From Bugula neritina (lineage: Eukaryota; Animalia; Bryozoa), in NCBI GenBank assembly GCA_964035545.1, contig CAXIUT010000183.1, forward strand, positions 930,001 to 994,000: a DNA stretch of 64,000 bases. The letters run 5' to 3'. This document shows, piece by piece, positions 1 to 14,633 of this stretch. The notes beneath the pieces were generated by a model. It worked only from the letters and a program-made list of their open reading frames with translations. It made no database searches and was not told where the DNA came from. Positions within the stretch are counted from its first letter, which is position 1, and every line of letters starts with the position of its first letter. The position numbers and the translations under genes were made by a program.

Positions 1-560
1 CATACTGAAATATACTGCAACATACTGCAACATACTGAAATACACTGTAATATACTGAAAAAAACTGCAACATAGTACAACATATTGAAATACGCTGCAA
101 CACATTGAAATATACTGCAACATACCGAAATATATCGTAAACTACTGAAATATACTGTAACACATTGAAAAAAACTGCAACATACTGAAATATACTGCGA
201 CACCTAGCAATATACTGTAACATACTGAAATATGCTCTAGCACACTGAAATACAATGCAACTCACTAAAATATACTGCAACATACTGAAATACACTGCAA
301 CAACCTACAACATGCTGAAATACACTGTAACATATTGAAATACACTGCAAGAAATTGAAATAGACTGCAACATAACAAAATATATGGTAAACTACTGAAA
401 TAGACTTTAACACATTGAAAAATACTGCAACATACTGAAATATACTGCAACATACTGAAATATACTGTAACACACTGAAGTACACTGCAACTCACTGAAA
501 TATACTGCAATATACTGAAATACACTGCAACACATTGAAATACACTGCAACTTACCGGAT

Positions 561-810
561 ATATGGTAAACTACTGAAATATACTGTAACGCATTGAAAA
601 ATACTGCAACATACTGAAATATATTGCGACACATTGCAATATACTGTAACATACTGAAAAATGCTGTAGCACACTGAAATATACTGCAATTCACTGAAAT
701 ATACTGCAACATACTGAAATACACCGCAACATCCTACAACATACTGAACTACTTTGTAACATATTGAAATACACTGCAACACATTGAAATATACTGCAAC
801 ATAACGAAAA
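561..810. repeat. Example of the ~250-bp (25-decamer) intermediate subunit; a ~210-bp shorter form also occurs (e.g. 811-1020, 1511-1720)
   Basis: Marker word ATAT[G/C/A]GTAAAC recurs at 561, 811, 1021 (spacing 250, 210), 1511/1721 (210), 2441/2691 (250) and 17151/17401 (250). It is typically followed in order by TTGAAAAA, GCGACAC, GCT[G/C]TAGC and TCCTACAA. Confidence 0.8.
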
Positions 811-1051
811 ATATGGTAAACTACTGAAATATATTTTAACACATCGAAAAATACTGCAACATACTGAAATATACTGTAACACACTGAAGTATACTGCAAC
901 TCACTGAAATATACTGCAATATACAGAAATACACTGCAACATCCTACAAAATGCTGAAATACACTGTAACATATTGAAACTTACTGGAACACATTGAAAT
1001 ATACTGCAACATACCGAAATATATAGTAAACTACTGAAATATACTGTAACA

Positions 1052-4000
1052 CATTGAAAAATACTGCAACATACTGAAATATACTGCAACATACCTAAGT
1101 ATACGGTAATACACTGAAATATACTGTAACACACCGAAATGTACTGCAACATACTGAAATACAATGTAACATACTGAAATATACTGCAACATACTGAAAT
1201 ACACTGCTACATACTGCAACATACTGCAACATACTGCAACATACTGAAATACACTGTAACATACTGAAATAAACTGCAACATACTACAACATATTGAAAT
1301 ACACTGCAACACATTGAAATATACTGCTACATACCTAAATATACGGTAATATACTGAAATATACTGTAACACATTGAAAAAACTGCAACATACTGAAATA
1401 CACTGCAACGCACTGAAATACACCGCAAAATACTACAACATGCTGAAATACACTGTAACATCTTGAAATCCACTGGAACACATTGAAATATACTGCAACA
1501 TACCGAAATATATGGTAAACTAATGAAATATACTGTAACACATTGAAAAACACCGCAACATACTGAAATATACTGCGACACATTGCAATATACTGTAACA
1601 TATTGAAATATGCTGTAGCACACTGAAATACACTGCAACATCCTACAACATACTGAAATACACTGTAACATATTGAAATACACTGCAAGAAATTGAAATA
1701 GACTGCAACATAACAAAATATATGGTAAACTACTGAAATAGACTTTAACACATTGAAAAATACTGCAACATACAGAAATATACTGTAACACACTTAAATA
1801 TACTGCAACATACTGAAATACACTGTAACATTCTGAAATATACTGCAACATACTGAAATACACTGCTACATACTGAAATATACTGCAACATACTGCAAAA
1901 TACTGCAACATACTGAAATACACTGTAACATATTGAAGTACACTGCAACACATTGAAATATACTGCAACATACCAAAATATATGGTAAACAACTGAAATA
2001 TACTTTAACACATTGAAAAATACTGCAACATACTGAAATATACTGCGACACTTTGCAATATACTGTAACATACCGAAATATGCTCTAGCACACTGAAATA
2101 CACTGCAACTCACTGAAATATACTGCAACATACTGAAATACACTGTGACATCCTGAAATATACTGCAACATTCTGAAATACACTGCTACATACTGAAATA
2201 TACTGCAACATACTGCAACATACTGAAATACACTGCAACATACTACAACATACTGAAATACGCTGCAACACATTGAAATATACTGCAACATACTGAAATA
2301 CACTGCTACATACTGAAATATACTGCAACATACTGCAACATACTGAAATACACTGTAATATACTGAAATAAACTGCAACATAGTACAACATATTGAAATA
2401 CGCTGCAACACATTGAAATATACTGCAACATACCAAAATATATCGTAAACTACTGAAATATACTGTAACACATTGAAAAAAACTGCAACATACTGAAATA
2501 TACTGCGACACCTAGCAATATACTGTAACATACTGAAATATGCTCTAGCACACTGAAATACAATGCAACTCACTGAAATATACTGCAACATACTGAAATA
2601 CACTGCAACATCCTACAACATGCTGAAATACACTGTAACATATTGAAATACACTGCAACACTTTGAAATATACTGCAACATACCGAATTATATGGTAAAC
2701 TACTGCAACACACTACAACATATTGAAATACACTGCAACACATTGAAATATACTGCAACATACCTAAATATACGGTAATATACTGAAATATACTGTAACA
2801 CACCGAAATATACTGCAACATACTGAAATACACTGTAACATACTGAAATATACTGCAACATACTGAAATACACTGCTACATACTGAAATATACTGCAACA
2901 TACTGAAATATACTGTAACACACTGAAGTACACTGCAACTCACTGAAATATACTGCAATATACTGAAATACACTGCAACACATTGAAATACACTGCAACT
3001 TACCGGATATATGGTAAACTACTGAAATATACTGTAACGCATTGAAAAATACTGCAACATACTGAAATATACTGCAACATACCTAAGTATACGGTAATAT
3101 ACTGAAGTATACTGTAACACACCGAAATATACTGCAACATACTGAAATACACTGTAACATACTGAAATATACTGCAACATACTGAAATAAACTGCTACAT
3201 ACTGCAACATACTGCAACATACTGCAACATACTGAAATACACTGTAACATACTGAAATAAACTGCAACATACTACAACATATTGAAATACACTGCAACAC
3301 ATTGAAATATACTGCTACATACCTAAATATACGGTAATATACTGAAATATACTGTAACACATTGAAAAAACTGCAACATACTGAAATACACTGCAACGCA
3401 CTGAAATACACCGCAAAATACTACAACATGCTGAAATACACTGTAACATCTTGAAATCCACTGCAACACATTGAAATATACTGCAACATACCGAAATATA
3501 TGGTAAACTAATGAAATATACTGTAACACATTGAAAAATACCGCAACATACTGAAATATACTGCGACACATTGCAATATACTGTAACATATTGAAATATG
3601 CTGTAGCACACTGAAATACACTGCAACATCGTACAACATACTGAAATACACTGTAACATTTTGAAATACACTGCAAGAAATTGAAATAGACTGCAACATA
3701 ACAAAATATATGGTAAACTACTGAAATAGACTTTAACACATTGAAAAATACTGCAACATACAGAAATATACTGTAACACACTGAAATATACTGCAACATA
3801 CTGAAATACACTGTAACATTCTGAAATATACTGCAACATACTGAAATACACTGCTACATACTGAAATATACTGCAACATACTGCAAAATACTGCAACATA
3901 CTGAAATACACTGTAACATATTGAAGTACACTGCAACACATTGAAATATACTGCAACATACCAAAATATATGGTAAACAACTGAAATATACTTTAACACA

Positions 4001-4281
4001 TTGAAAAATACTGCAACATACTGAAATATACTGCGACACTTTGCAATATACTGTAACATACCGAAATATGCTCTAGCACACTGAAATACACTGCAACTCA
4101 CTGAAATATACTGCAACATACTTAAATACACTGTGACATCCTGAAATATACTGCAACATTCTGAAATACACTGCTACATACTGAAATATACTGCAACATA
4201 CTGCACCATACTGAAATACACTGCAACATACTACAACATACTGAAATACGCTGCAACACATTGAAATATACTGCAACATAC
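1052..4281. repeat. Direct block repeat, period 1988 bp (~1052-2293 vs ~3040-4281)
   Basis: Near-identical ORF-track entries offset by 1988 (1031/3019, 1327/3315, 1745/3733, 1866/3854). Shared rare words gctacatacctaaa, catcttgaaatcc, caagaaattgaaatag, gacactttgc and gtgacatcctg. Confidence 0.85.
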
Positions 4282-4391
4282 CTAAATATACGGAAATATA
4301 CCGAAATATACTGTAACGCATTGCAAAATACTGCAACATACTGAAATACACTGCCACACGCTGAAATACGCTGCAAAATACTACAACATAC

Positions 4392-7300
4392 TGAAATAAA
4401 CTGTAACATATTGAAATACACTGCAATACATTGAAAAATAATGCAATACACTGAAATATACTGTAACACACTGAAATATACTGCAACATACTGAAATACA
4501 CTGTAACATACTGAAATATACTGCAACGCACTGAAATACACTGCTACATACTGAAATATGCTGCAACATACTGCAACATACTGAAATACACTGTAACATA
4601 CTGAAATAAACTGCAACATACTACAACATATTGAAATACACTGCAACACATTGAAATATACTGCAACATACCTAAATATACGGTAATATACTGAAATTCA
4701 CTGTAACGCATTGCAAAATACTGCAACATACTGAAATATATTGCGACACATTGCAATATACTGTAACATACTGAAAAATGCTGTAGCACACTGAAATATA
4801 CTGCAATTCACTGAAATATACTGCAACATACTGAAATACACCGCAACATCCTACAACATACTGAAATACTTTGTAACATATTGAAATACACTGCAACACA
4901 TTGAAATATACTGCAACATAACGAAATATATGGTAAAATACTGAAATATATTTTAACACATTGAAAAATACTGCAACATACTGAAATATACTGTAACACA
5001 CTGAAGTACACTGCAACTCACTGAAATATACTGCAATATACAGAAATACACTGCAACATCCTACAAAATGCTGAAATACACTGTAACATATTGAAATACA
5101 CTGCAACACATTGATATATACTGCAACATACCGAAATATATAGTAAACTACTGAAATATACTGTAACACATTGAAAAATACTGCAACATACTGAAATATA
5201 CTGCGACACCTAGCAATATACTGCAACATACTGAAATACACTGTAACATACTGAAATATACTGCAACATACTGAAATACACTGCTACATACTGAAATATA
5301 CTGCAACATACTGCAACATACTGAAATACACTGTAATATACTGAAATACACTGCAACATACTACCACATATTGAAATACACTGCAACACATTGAAATGTA
5401 CTGCAACATACCGAAATATATGGTAAACTACTAAAATATACTGTAACACATTGAAATATACTGCAACATACCTAAATATACGGTAATATACTGAAATATA
5501 CTGTAACACGTGGAAAAAACTGCAACATACTGAAATATGCTGCGACACACTGAAATACACCGCAAAATACCACAATATACTGAAATACACTGTGACATAT
5601 AGAAATACACTGCAACACATTGAAATATACTGCAACATACCGAAATATATGGTAAACTAATGAAATATACTGTAACACATTGAAAAATACCGCAACATAC
5701 TGAAAAATACTGCGACACATTGCAATATACTGTAACATACTGAAATATGCTGTAGCACACTGAAATACACTGCAACATCCTACAACATACTGAAATACAC
5801 TGTAACATATTGAAATACACTGCAACACATTGAAATATACTGCAACATAACAAAATATATGGTAAACTACTGAAATAGACTTTAACACATTGAAAAATAC
5901 TGCAACATACTGAAATATACTGTAACACACTGAAGTATACTGCAACATACTGAAATACACTGTAACATACTGAAATATACTGCAACATACTGAAATACAC
6001 TGCTACATACTGAAATATACTGCAACGTACTGCAACATACTCCAACATACTGAAATACACTGTAACATACTGAAATACACTGCAACATACTACCACATAT
6101 TGAAATACACTGCAACACATTGAAATGTACTTCAACGTACCGAAATATAAGGTAAACTACTAAAATATGCTGTAACATATTGAAAAACACTGCAACATAC
6201 TGAAATATACTGCGACACCTAGCAATATACTGTAACATACTGAAATATGCTCTAGCACACTGAAATACAATGCAACTTACTAAAATATACTGCAACATAC
6301 TGAAGTACACTGCAACATCCTACAATATGCTGAAATACACTGTAACATATTGAATTACACTGCAACACTTTGAAATATACTGCAACATACCGAAATATAT
6401 GGTAAACTACTGCAACATACTACAACATATTGAAATACACTGCAACACATTGAAGTATACTGCAACATACCTAAATATACGGTAATATACTGAAATATAC
6501 TGTAACACATTGAAAAATCCTGCAACATACTGAAATATACTGTAACACACCGAAATATATTGCAACATACTGAAATACACTGTAACATACTGAAATATAC
6601 TGCAACATACTGAAATACACTGCTACATACTGAAATATGCTGCAACATACTGCAACATACTGAAATACACTGTAACATACTGAAATAAACTGCAACATAC
6701 TACAACATATTGAAATACACTGCAACACATTGAAATATACTGCAACATACCTAAATATACGGTAATGTACTGAAATTCACTGTAACGCATTGCAAAATAC
6801 TGCAACATACTGAAATTCACTGCGACACACTGAAATATGCTGCAAAATACTACAACATACTGAAATAAACTGTAACATATTGAAATACACTGCAACAGAT
6901 TGAAAAATACTGCAACATACTGAAATATACTGTAACACACTGAAATATACTGCAACATACTGAAATACACTGCTACATACTGCAACATACTGCAACATAC
7001 TGCAACATACTGAAATACACTGTAACATACTGAAATAAACTGCAACATACTACAACATATTGAAATACACTGCAACACATTGAAATATACTGCTACATAC
7101 CTAAATATACGGTAATATACTGAAATATACTGTAACACATTGAAAAAGACTGCAACATACTGAAATACACTGCAACGCACTGAAATACACCGCAAAATAC
7201 TACAACATGCTGAAATACACTGTAACATCTTGAAATCCACTGCAACACATTGAAATATACTGCAACATACCGAAATATATGGTAAACTAATGAATTATAC

Positions 7301-10300
7301 TGTAACACATTGAAAAATACCGCAACATACTGAAATATACTGCGACACATTGCAATATACTGTAACATATTGAAATATGCTGTAGCACACTGAAATACAC
7401 TGCAACATCGTACAACATACTGAAATACACTGTAACATATTGAAATACACTGCAAGAAATTGAAATAGACTGCAACATAACAAAACATATGGTAAACTAC
7501 TGAAATAGACTTTAACACATTGAAAAATACTGCAACATACAGAAATATACTGTAACACACTGAAATATACTGCAACATACTGAAATACACTGTAACATTC
7601 TGAAATATACTGCAACATACTGAAATACACTGCTACATACTGAAATATACTGCAACATACTGCAAAATACTGCAACATACTTAAATACACTGTAACATAT
7701 TGAAGTACACTGCAACACATTGAAATATACTGCAACATACCAAAATATATGGTAAACAACTGAAATATACTTTAACACATTGAAAAATACTGCAACATAC
7801 TGAAATATACTGCGACACTTTGCAATATACTGTAACATACCGAAATATGCTCTAGCACACTGAAATACACTGCAACTCACTGAAATATACTGCAACATAC
7901 TGAAATACACTGTGACATCCTGAAATATACTGCAACATTCTGAAATACACTGCTACATACTGAAATATACTGCAACATACTGCAACATACTGAAATACAC
8001 TGCAACATACTACAACATACTGAAATACGCTGCAACACATTGAAATATACTGCAACATACTGAAATACACTGCTACATACTGAAATATACTGCAACATAC
8101 TGCAACATACTGAAATACACTGTAATATACTGAAATAAACTGCAACATAGTACAACATATTGAAATACGCTGCAACACATTGAAATATACTGCAACATAC
8201 CGAAATATATCGTAAACTACTGAAATATACTGTAACACATTGAAAAAAACTGCAACATACTGAAATATACTGCGACACCTAGCAATATACTGTAACATAC
8301 TGAAATATGCTCTAGCACACTGAAATACAATGCAACTCACTGAAATATACTGCAACATACTGAAATACACTGCAACATCCTACAACATGCTGAAATACAC
8401 TGTAACATATTGAAATACACTGCAACACTTTGAAATATACTGCAACATACCGAAATATATGGTAAACTACTGCAACACACTACAACATATTGAAATACAC
8501 TGCAACACATTGAAATATACTGCAACATACCTAAATATACGGTAATATACTGAAATATACTGTAACACACCGAAATATACTGCAACATACTGAAATACAC
8601 TGTAACATACTGAAATATACTGCAACATACTGAAATACACTGCTACATACTGAAATATACTGCAACATACTGAAATATACTGTAACACACTGAAGTACAC
8701 TGCAACTCACTGAAATATACTGCAATATACTGAAATACACTGCAACACATTGAAATACACTGCAACTTACCGGATATATGGTAAACTACTGAAATATACT
8801 GTAACGCATTGAAAAATACTGCAACATACTGAAATATATTGCGACACATTGCAATATACTGTAACATACTGAAAAATGCTGTAGCACACTGAAATATACT
8901 GCAATTCACTGAAATATACTGCAACATACTGAAATACACCGCAACATCCTACAACATACTGAAATACTTTGTAACATATTGAAATACACTGCAACACATT
9001 GAAATATACTGCAACATAACGAAAAATATGGTAAACTACTGAAATATATTTTAACACATCGAAAAATACTGCAACATACTGAAATATACTGTAACACACT
9101 GAAGTACACTGCAACTCACTAAAATATACTGCAATATACAGAAATACACTGCAACATCCTACAAAATGCTGAAATACACTGTAACATATTGAAATTTACT
9201 GGAACACATTGAAATATACTGCAACATACCGAAATATATAGTAAACTACTGAAATATACTGTAACACATTGAAAAATACTGCAACATACTGAAATATACT
9301 GCAACATACCTAAGTATACGGTAATATACTGAAATATACTGTAACACACCGAAATATACTGCAACATACTGAAATACACTGTAACATACTGAAATATACT
9401 GCAACATACTGAAATACACTGCTACATACTGCAACATACTGCAACATACTGCAACATACTGAAATACACTGTAACATACTGAAATAAACTGCAACATACT
9501 ACAACATATTGAAATAAACTGTAACATATTGAAATACACTGCAATACATTGAAAAATAATGCAATACACTGAAATATACTGTAACACACTGAAATATACT
9601 GCAACATACTGAAATACACTGTAACATACTGAAATATACTGCAACGCACTGAAATACACTGCTACATACTGAAATATGCTGCAACATACTGCAACATACT
9701 GAAATACACTGTAACATACTGAAATAAACTGCAACATACTACAACATATTGAAATACACTGCAACACATTGAAATATACTGCAACATACCTAAATATACG
9801 GTAATATACTGAAATTCACTGTAACGCATTGCAAAATACTGCAACATACTGAAATATATTGCGACACATTGCAATATACTGCAACATACTGAAAAATGCT
9901 GTAGCACACTGAAATATACTGCAATTCACTGAAATATACTGCAACATACTGAAATACACCGCAACATCCTACAACATACTGAAATACTTTGTAACATATT
10001 GAAATACACTGCAACACATTGAAATATACTGCAACATAACGAAATATATGGTAAAATACTGAAATATATTTTAACACATTGAAAAATACTGCAACATACT
10101 GAAATATACTGTAACACACTGAAGTACACTGCAACTCACTGAAATATACTGCAATATACAGAAATACACTGCAACATCCTACAAAATGCTGAAATACACT
10201 GTAACATATTGAAATACACTGCAACACATTGATATATACTGCAACATACCGAAATATATAGTAAACTACTGAAATATACTGTAACACATTGAAAAATACT

Positions 10301-13300
10301 GCAACATACTGAAATATACTGCGACACCTAGCAATATACTGCAACATACTGAAATACACTGTAACATACTGAAATATACTGCAACATACTGAAATACACT
10401 GCTACATACTGAAATATACTGCAACATACTGCAACATACTGAAATACACTGTAATATACTGAAATACACTGCAACATACTACCACATATTGAAATACACT
10501 GCAACACATTGAAATGTACTGCAACATACCGAAATATATGGTAAACTACTAAAATATACTGTAACACATTGAAATATACTGCAACATACCTAAATATACG
10601 GTAATATACTGAAATATACTGTAACACGTGGAAAAAACTGCAACATACTGAAATACGCTGCGACACACTGAAATACACCGCAAAATACCACAATATACTG
10701 AAATACACTGTGACATATAGAAATACACTGCAACACATTGAAATATACTGCAACATACCGAAATATATGGTAAACTAATGAAATATACTGTAACACATTG
10801 AAAAATACCGCAACATACTGAAAAATACTGCGACACATTGCAATATACTGTAACATACTGAAATATGCTGTAGCACACTGAAATACACTGCAACATCCTA
10901 CAACATACTGAAATACACTGTAACATATTGAAATACACTGCAACACATTGAAATATACTGCAACATAACAAAAAATATGGTAAACTACTGAAATAGACTT
11001 TAACACATTGAAAAATACTGCAACATACTGAAATATACTGTAACACACTGAAGTATACTGCAACATACTGAAATACACTGTAACATACTGAAATATACTG
11101 CAACATACTGAAATACACTGCTACATACTGAAATATACTGCAACGTACTGCAACATACTCCAACATACTGAAATACACTGTAACATACTGAAATACACTG
11201 CAACATACTACCACATATTGAAATACACTGCAACACATTGAAATGTACTTCAACGTACCGAAATATAAGGTAAACTACTAAAATATGCTGTAACATATTG
11301 AAAAACACTGCAACATACTGAAATATACTGCGACACCTAGCAATATACTGTAACATACTGAAATATGCTCTAGCACACTGAAATACAATGCAACTTACTA
11401 AAATATACTGCAACATACTGAAGTACACTGCAACATCCTACAATATGCTGAAATACACTGTAACATATTGAATTACACTGCAACACTTTGAAATATACTG
11501 CAACATACCGAAATATATGGTAAACTACTGCAACATACTACAACATATTGAAATACACTGCAACACATTGAAGTATACTGCAACATACCTAAATATACGG
11601 TAATATACTGAAATATACTGTAACACATTGAAAAATCCTGCAACATACTGAAATATACTGTAACACACCGAAATATATTGCAACATACTGAAATACACTG
11701 TAACATACTGAAATATACTGCAACATACTGAAATACACTGCTACATACTGAAATATGCTGCAACATACTGCAACATACTGAAATACACTGTAACATACTG
11801 AAATAAACTGCAACATACTACAACATATTGAAATACACTGCAACACATTGAAACATACTGCAACATACCTAAATATACGGTAATGTACTGAAATTCACTG
11901 TAACGCATTGCAAAATACTGCAACATACTGAAATTCACTGCGACACACTGAAATATGCTGCAAAATACTACAACATACTAAAATAAACTGTAACATATTG
12001 AAATACACTGCAACAGATTGAAAAATACTGCAACATACTGAAATATACTGTAACACACTGAAATATACTGCAACATACTGAAATACACTGCTACATACTG
12101 CAACATACTGCAACATACTGCAACATACTGAAATACACTGTAACATACTGAAATAAACTGCAACATACTACAACATATTGAAATACACTGCAACACATTG
12201 AAATATACTGCTACATACCTAAATATACGGTAATATACTGAAATATACTGTAACACATTGAAAAAACTGCAACATACTGAAATACACTGCAACGCACTGA
12301 AATACACCGCAAAATACTACAACATGCTGAAATACACTGTAACATCTTGAAATCCACTGCAACACATTGAAATATACTGCAACATACCGAAATATATGGT
12401 AAACTAATGAATTATACTGTAACACATTGAAAAATACCGCAACATACTGAAATATACTGCGACACATTGCAATATACTGTAACATATTGAAATATGCTGT
12501 AGCACACTGAAATACACTGCAACATCGTACAACATACTGAAATACACTGTAACATATTGAAATACACTGCAAGAAATTGAAATAGACTGCAACATAACAA
12601 AACATATGGTAAACTACTGAAATAGACTTTAACACATTGAAAAATACTGCAACATACAGAAATATACTGTAACACACTGAAATATACTGCAACATACTGA
12701 AATACACTGTAACATTCTGAAATATACTGCAACATACTGAAATACACTGCTACATACTGAAATATGCTGCAACATACTGCAAAATACTGCAACATACTTA
12801 AATACACTGTAACATATTGAAGTACACTGCAACACATTGAAATATACTGCAACATACCAAAATATATGGTAAACAACTGAAATATACTTTAACACATTGA
12901 AAAATACTGCAACATACTGAAATATACTGCGACACTTTGCAATATACTGTAACATACCGAAATATGCTCTAGCACACTGAAATACACTGCAACTCACTGA
13001 AATATACTGCAACATACTGAAATACACTGTGACATCCTGAAATATACTGCAACATTCTGAAATACACTGCTACATACTGAAATATACTGCAACATACTGC
13101 AACATACTGAAATACACTGCAACATACTACAACATACTGAAATACGCTGCAACACATTGAAATATACTGCAACATACTGAAATACACTGCTACATACTGA
13201 AATATACTGCAACATACTGCAACATACTGAAATACACTGTAATATACTGAAATAAACTGCAACATAGTACAACATATTGAAATACGCTGCAACACATTGA

Positions 13301-14633
13301 AATATACTGCAACATACCGAAATATATCGTAAACTACTGAAATATACTGTAACACATTGAAAAAAACTGCAACATACTGAAATATACTGCGACACCTAGC
13401 AATATACTGTAACATACTGAAATATGCTCTAGCACACTGAAATACAATGCAACTCACTGAAATATACTGCAACATACTGAAATACACTGCAACATCCTAC
13501 AACATGCTGAAATACACTGTAACATATTGAAATACACTGCAACACTTTGAAATATACTGCAACATACCGAAATATATGGTAAACTACTGCAACACACTAC
13601 AACATATTGAAATACACTGCAACACATTGAAATATACTGCAACATACCTAAATAAACGGTAATATACTGAAATATACTGTAACACACCGAAATATACTGC
13701 AACATACTGAAATACACTGTAACATACTGAAATATACTGCAACATACTGAAATACACTGCTACATACTGAAATATACTGCAACATACTGAAATATACTGT
13801 AACACACTGAAGTACACTGCAACTCACTGAAATATACTGCAATATACTGAAATACACTGCAACACATTGAAATACACTGCAACTTACCGGATATATGGTA
13901 AACTACTGAAATATACTGTAACGCATTGAAAAATACTGCAACATACTGAAATATATTGCGACACATTGCAATATACTGTAACATACTGAAAAATGCTGTA
14001 GCACACTGAAATATACTGCAATTCACTGAAATATACTGCAACATACTGAAATACACCGCAACATCCTACAACATACTGAAATACTTTGTAACATATTGAA
14101 ATACACTGCAACACATTGAAATATACTGCAACATAACGAAAAATATGGTAAACTACTGAAATATATTTTAACACATCGAAAAATACTGCAACATACTGAA
14201 ATATACTGTAACACACTGAAGTACACTGCAACTCACTAAAATATACTGCAATATACAGAAATACACTGCAACATCCTACAAAATGCTGAAATACACTGTA
14301 ACATATTGAAATTTACTGGAACACATTGAAATATACTGCAACATACCGAAATATATAGTAAACTACTGAAATATACTGTAACACATTGAAAAATACTGCA
14401 ACATACTGAAATATACTGCAACATACCTAAGTATACGGTAATATACTGAAATATACTGTAACACACCGAAATATACTGCAACATACTGAAATACACTGTA
14501 ACATACTGAAATATACTGCAACATACTGAAATACACTGCTACATACTGCAACATACTGCAACATACTGCAACATACTGAAATACACTGTAACATACTGAA
14601 ATAAACTGCAACATACTACAACATATTGAAATA
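4392..14633. repeat. Tandem duplication, period 5117-5118 bp (~4392-9516 and ~9510-14633)
   Basis: ORF offsets are 5118 (4672/9790, 5431/10549, 5882/11000) and then 5117 (7295/12412, 8643/13760, 9119/14236) after a 1-bp difference at 7148 vs ~12265. Private markers cacgtggaaaaaac, tgtgacatatag and cttcaacgtaccgaaatataagg occur in both copies. Confidence 0.92.

Noticed and set aside
1581-1600. TATA-like, TTGCAA/ATTGCAAT and bacterial -35-like TTGAAA words as regulatory sites
   Set aside because: They are by-products of the monomer consensus, repeated many times with no downstream gene.
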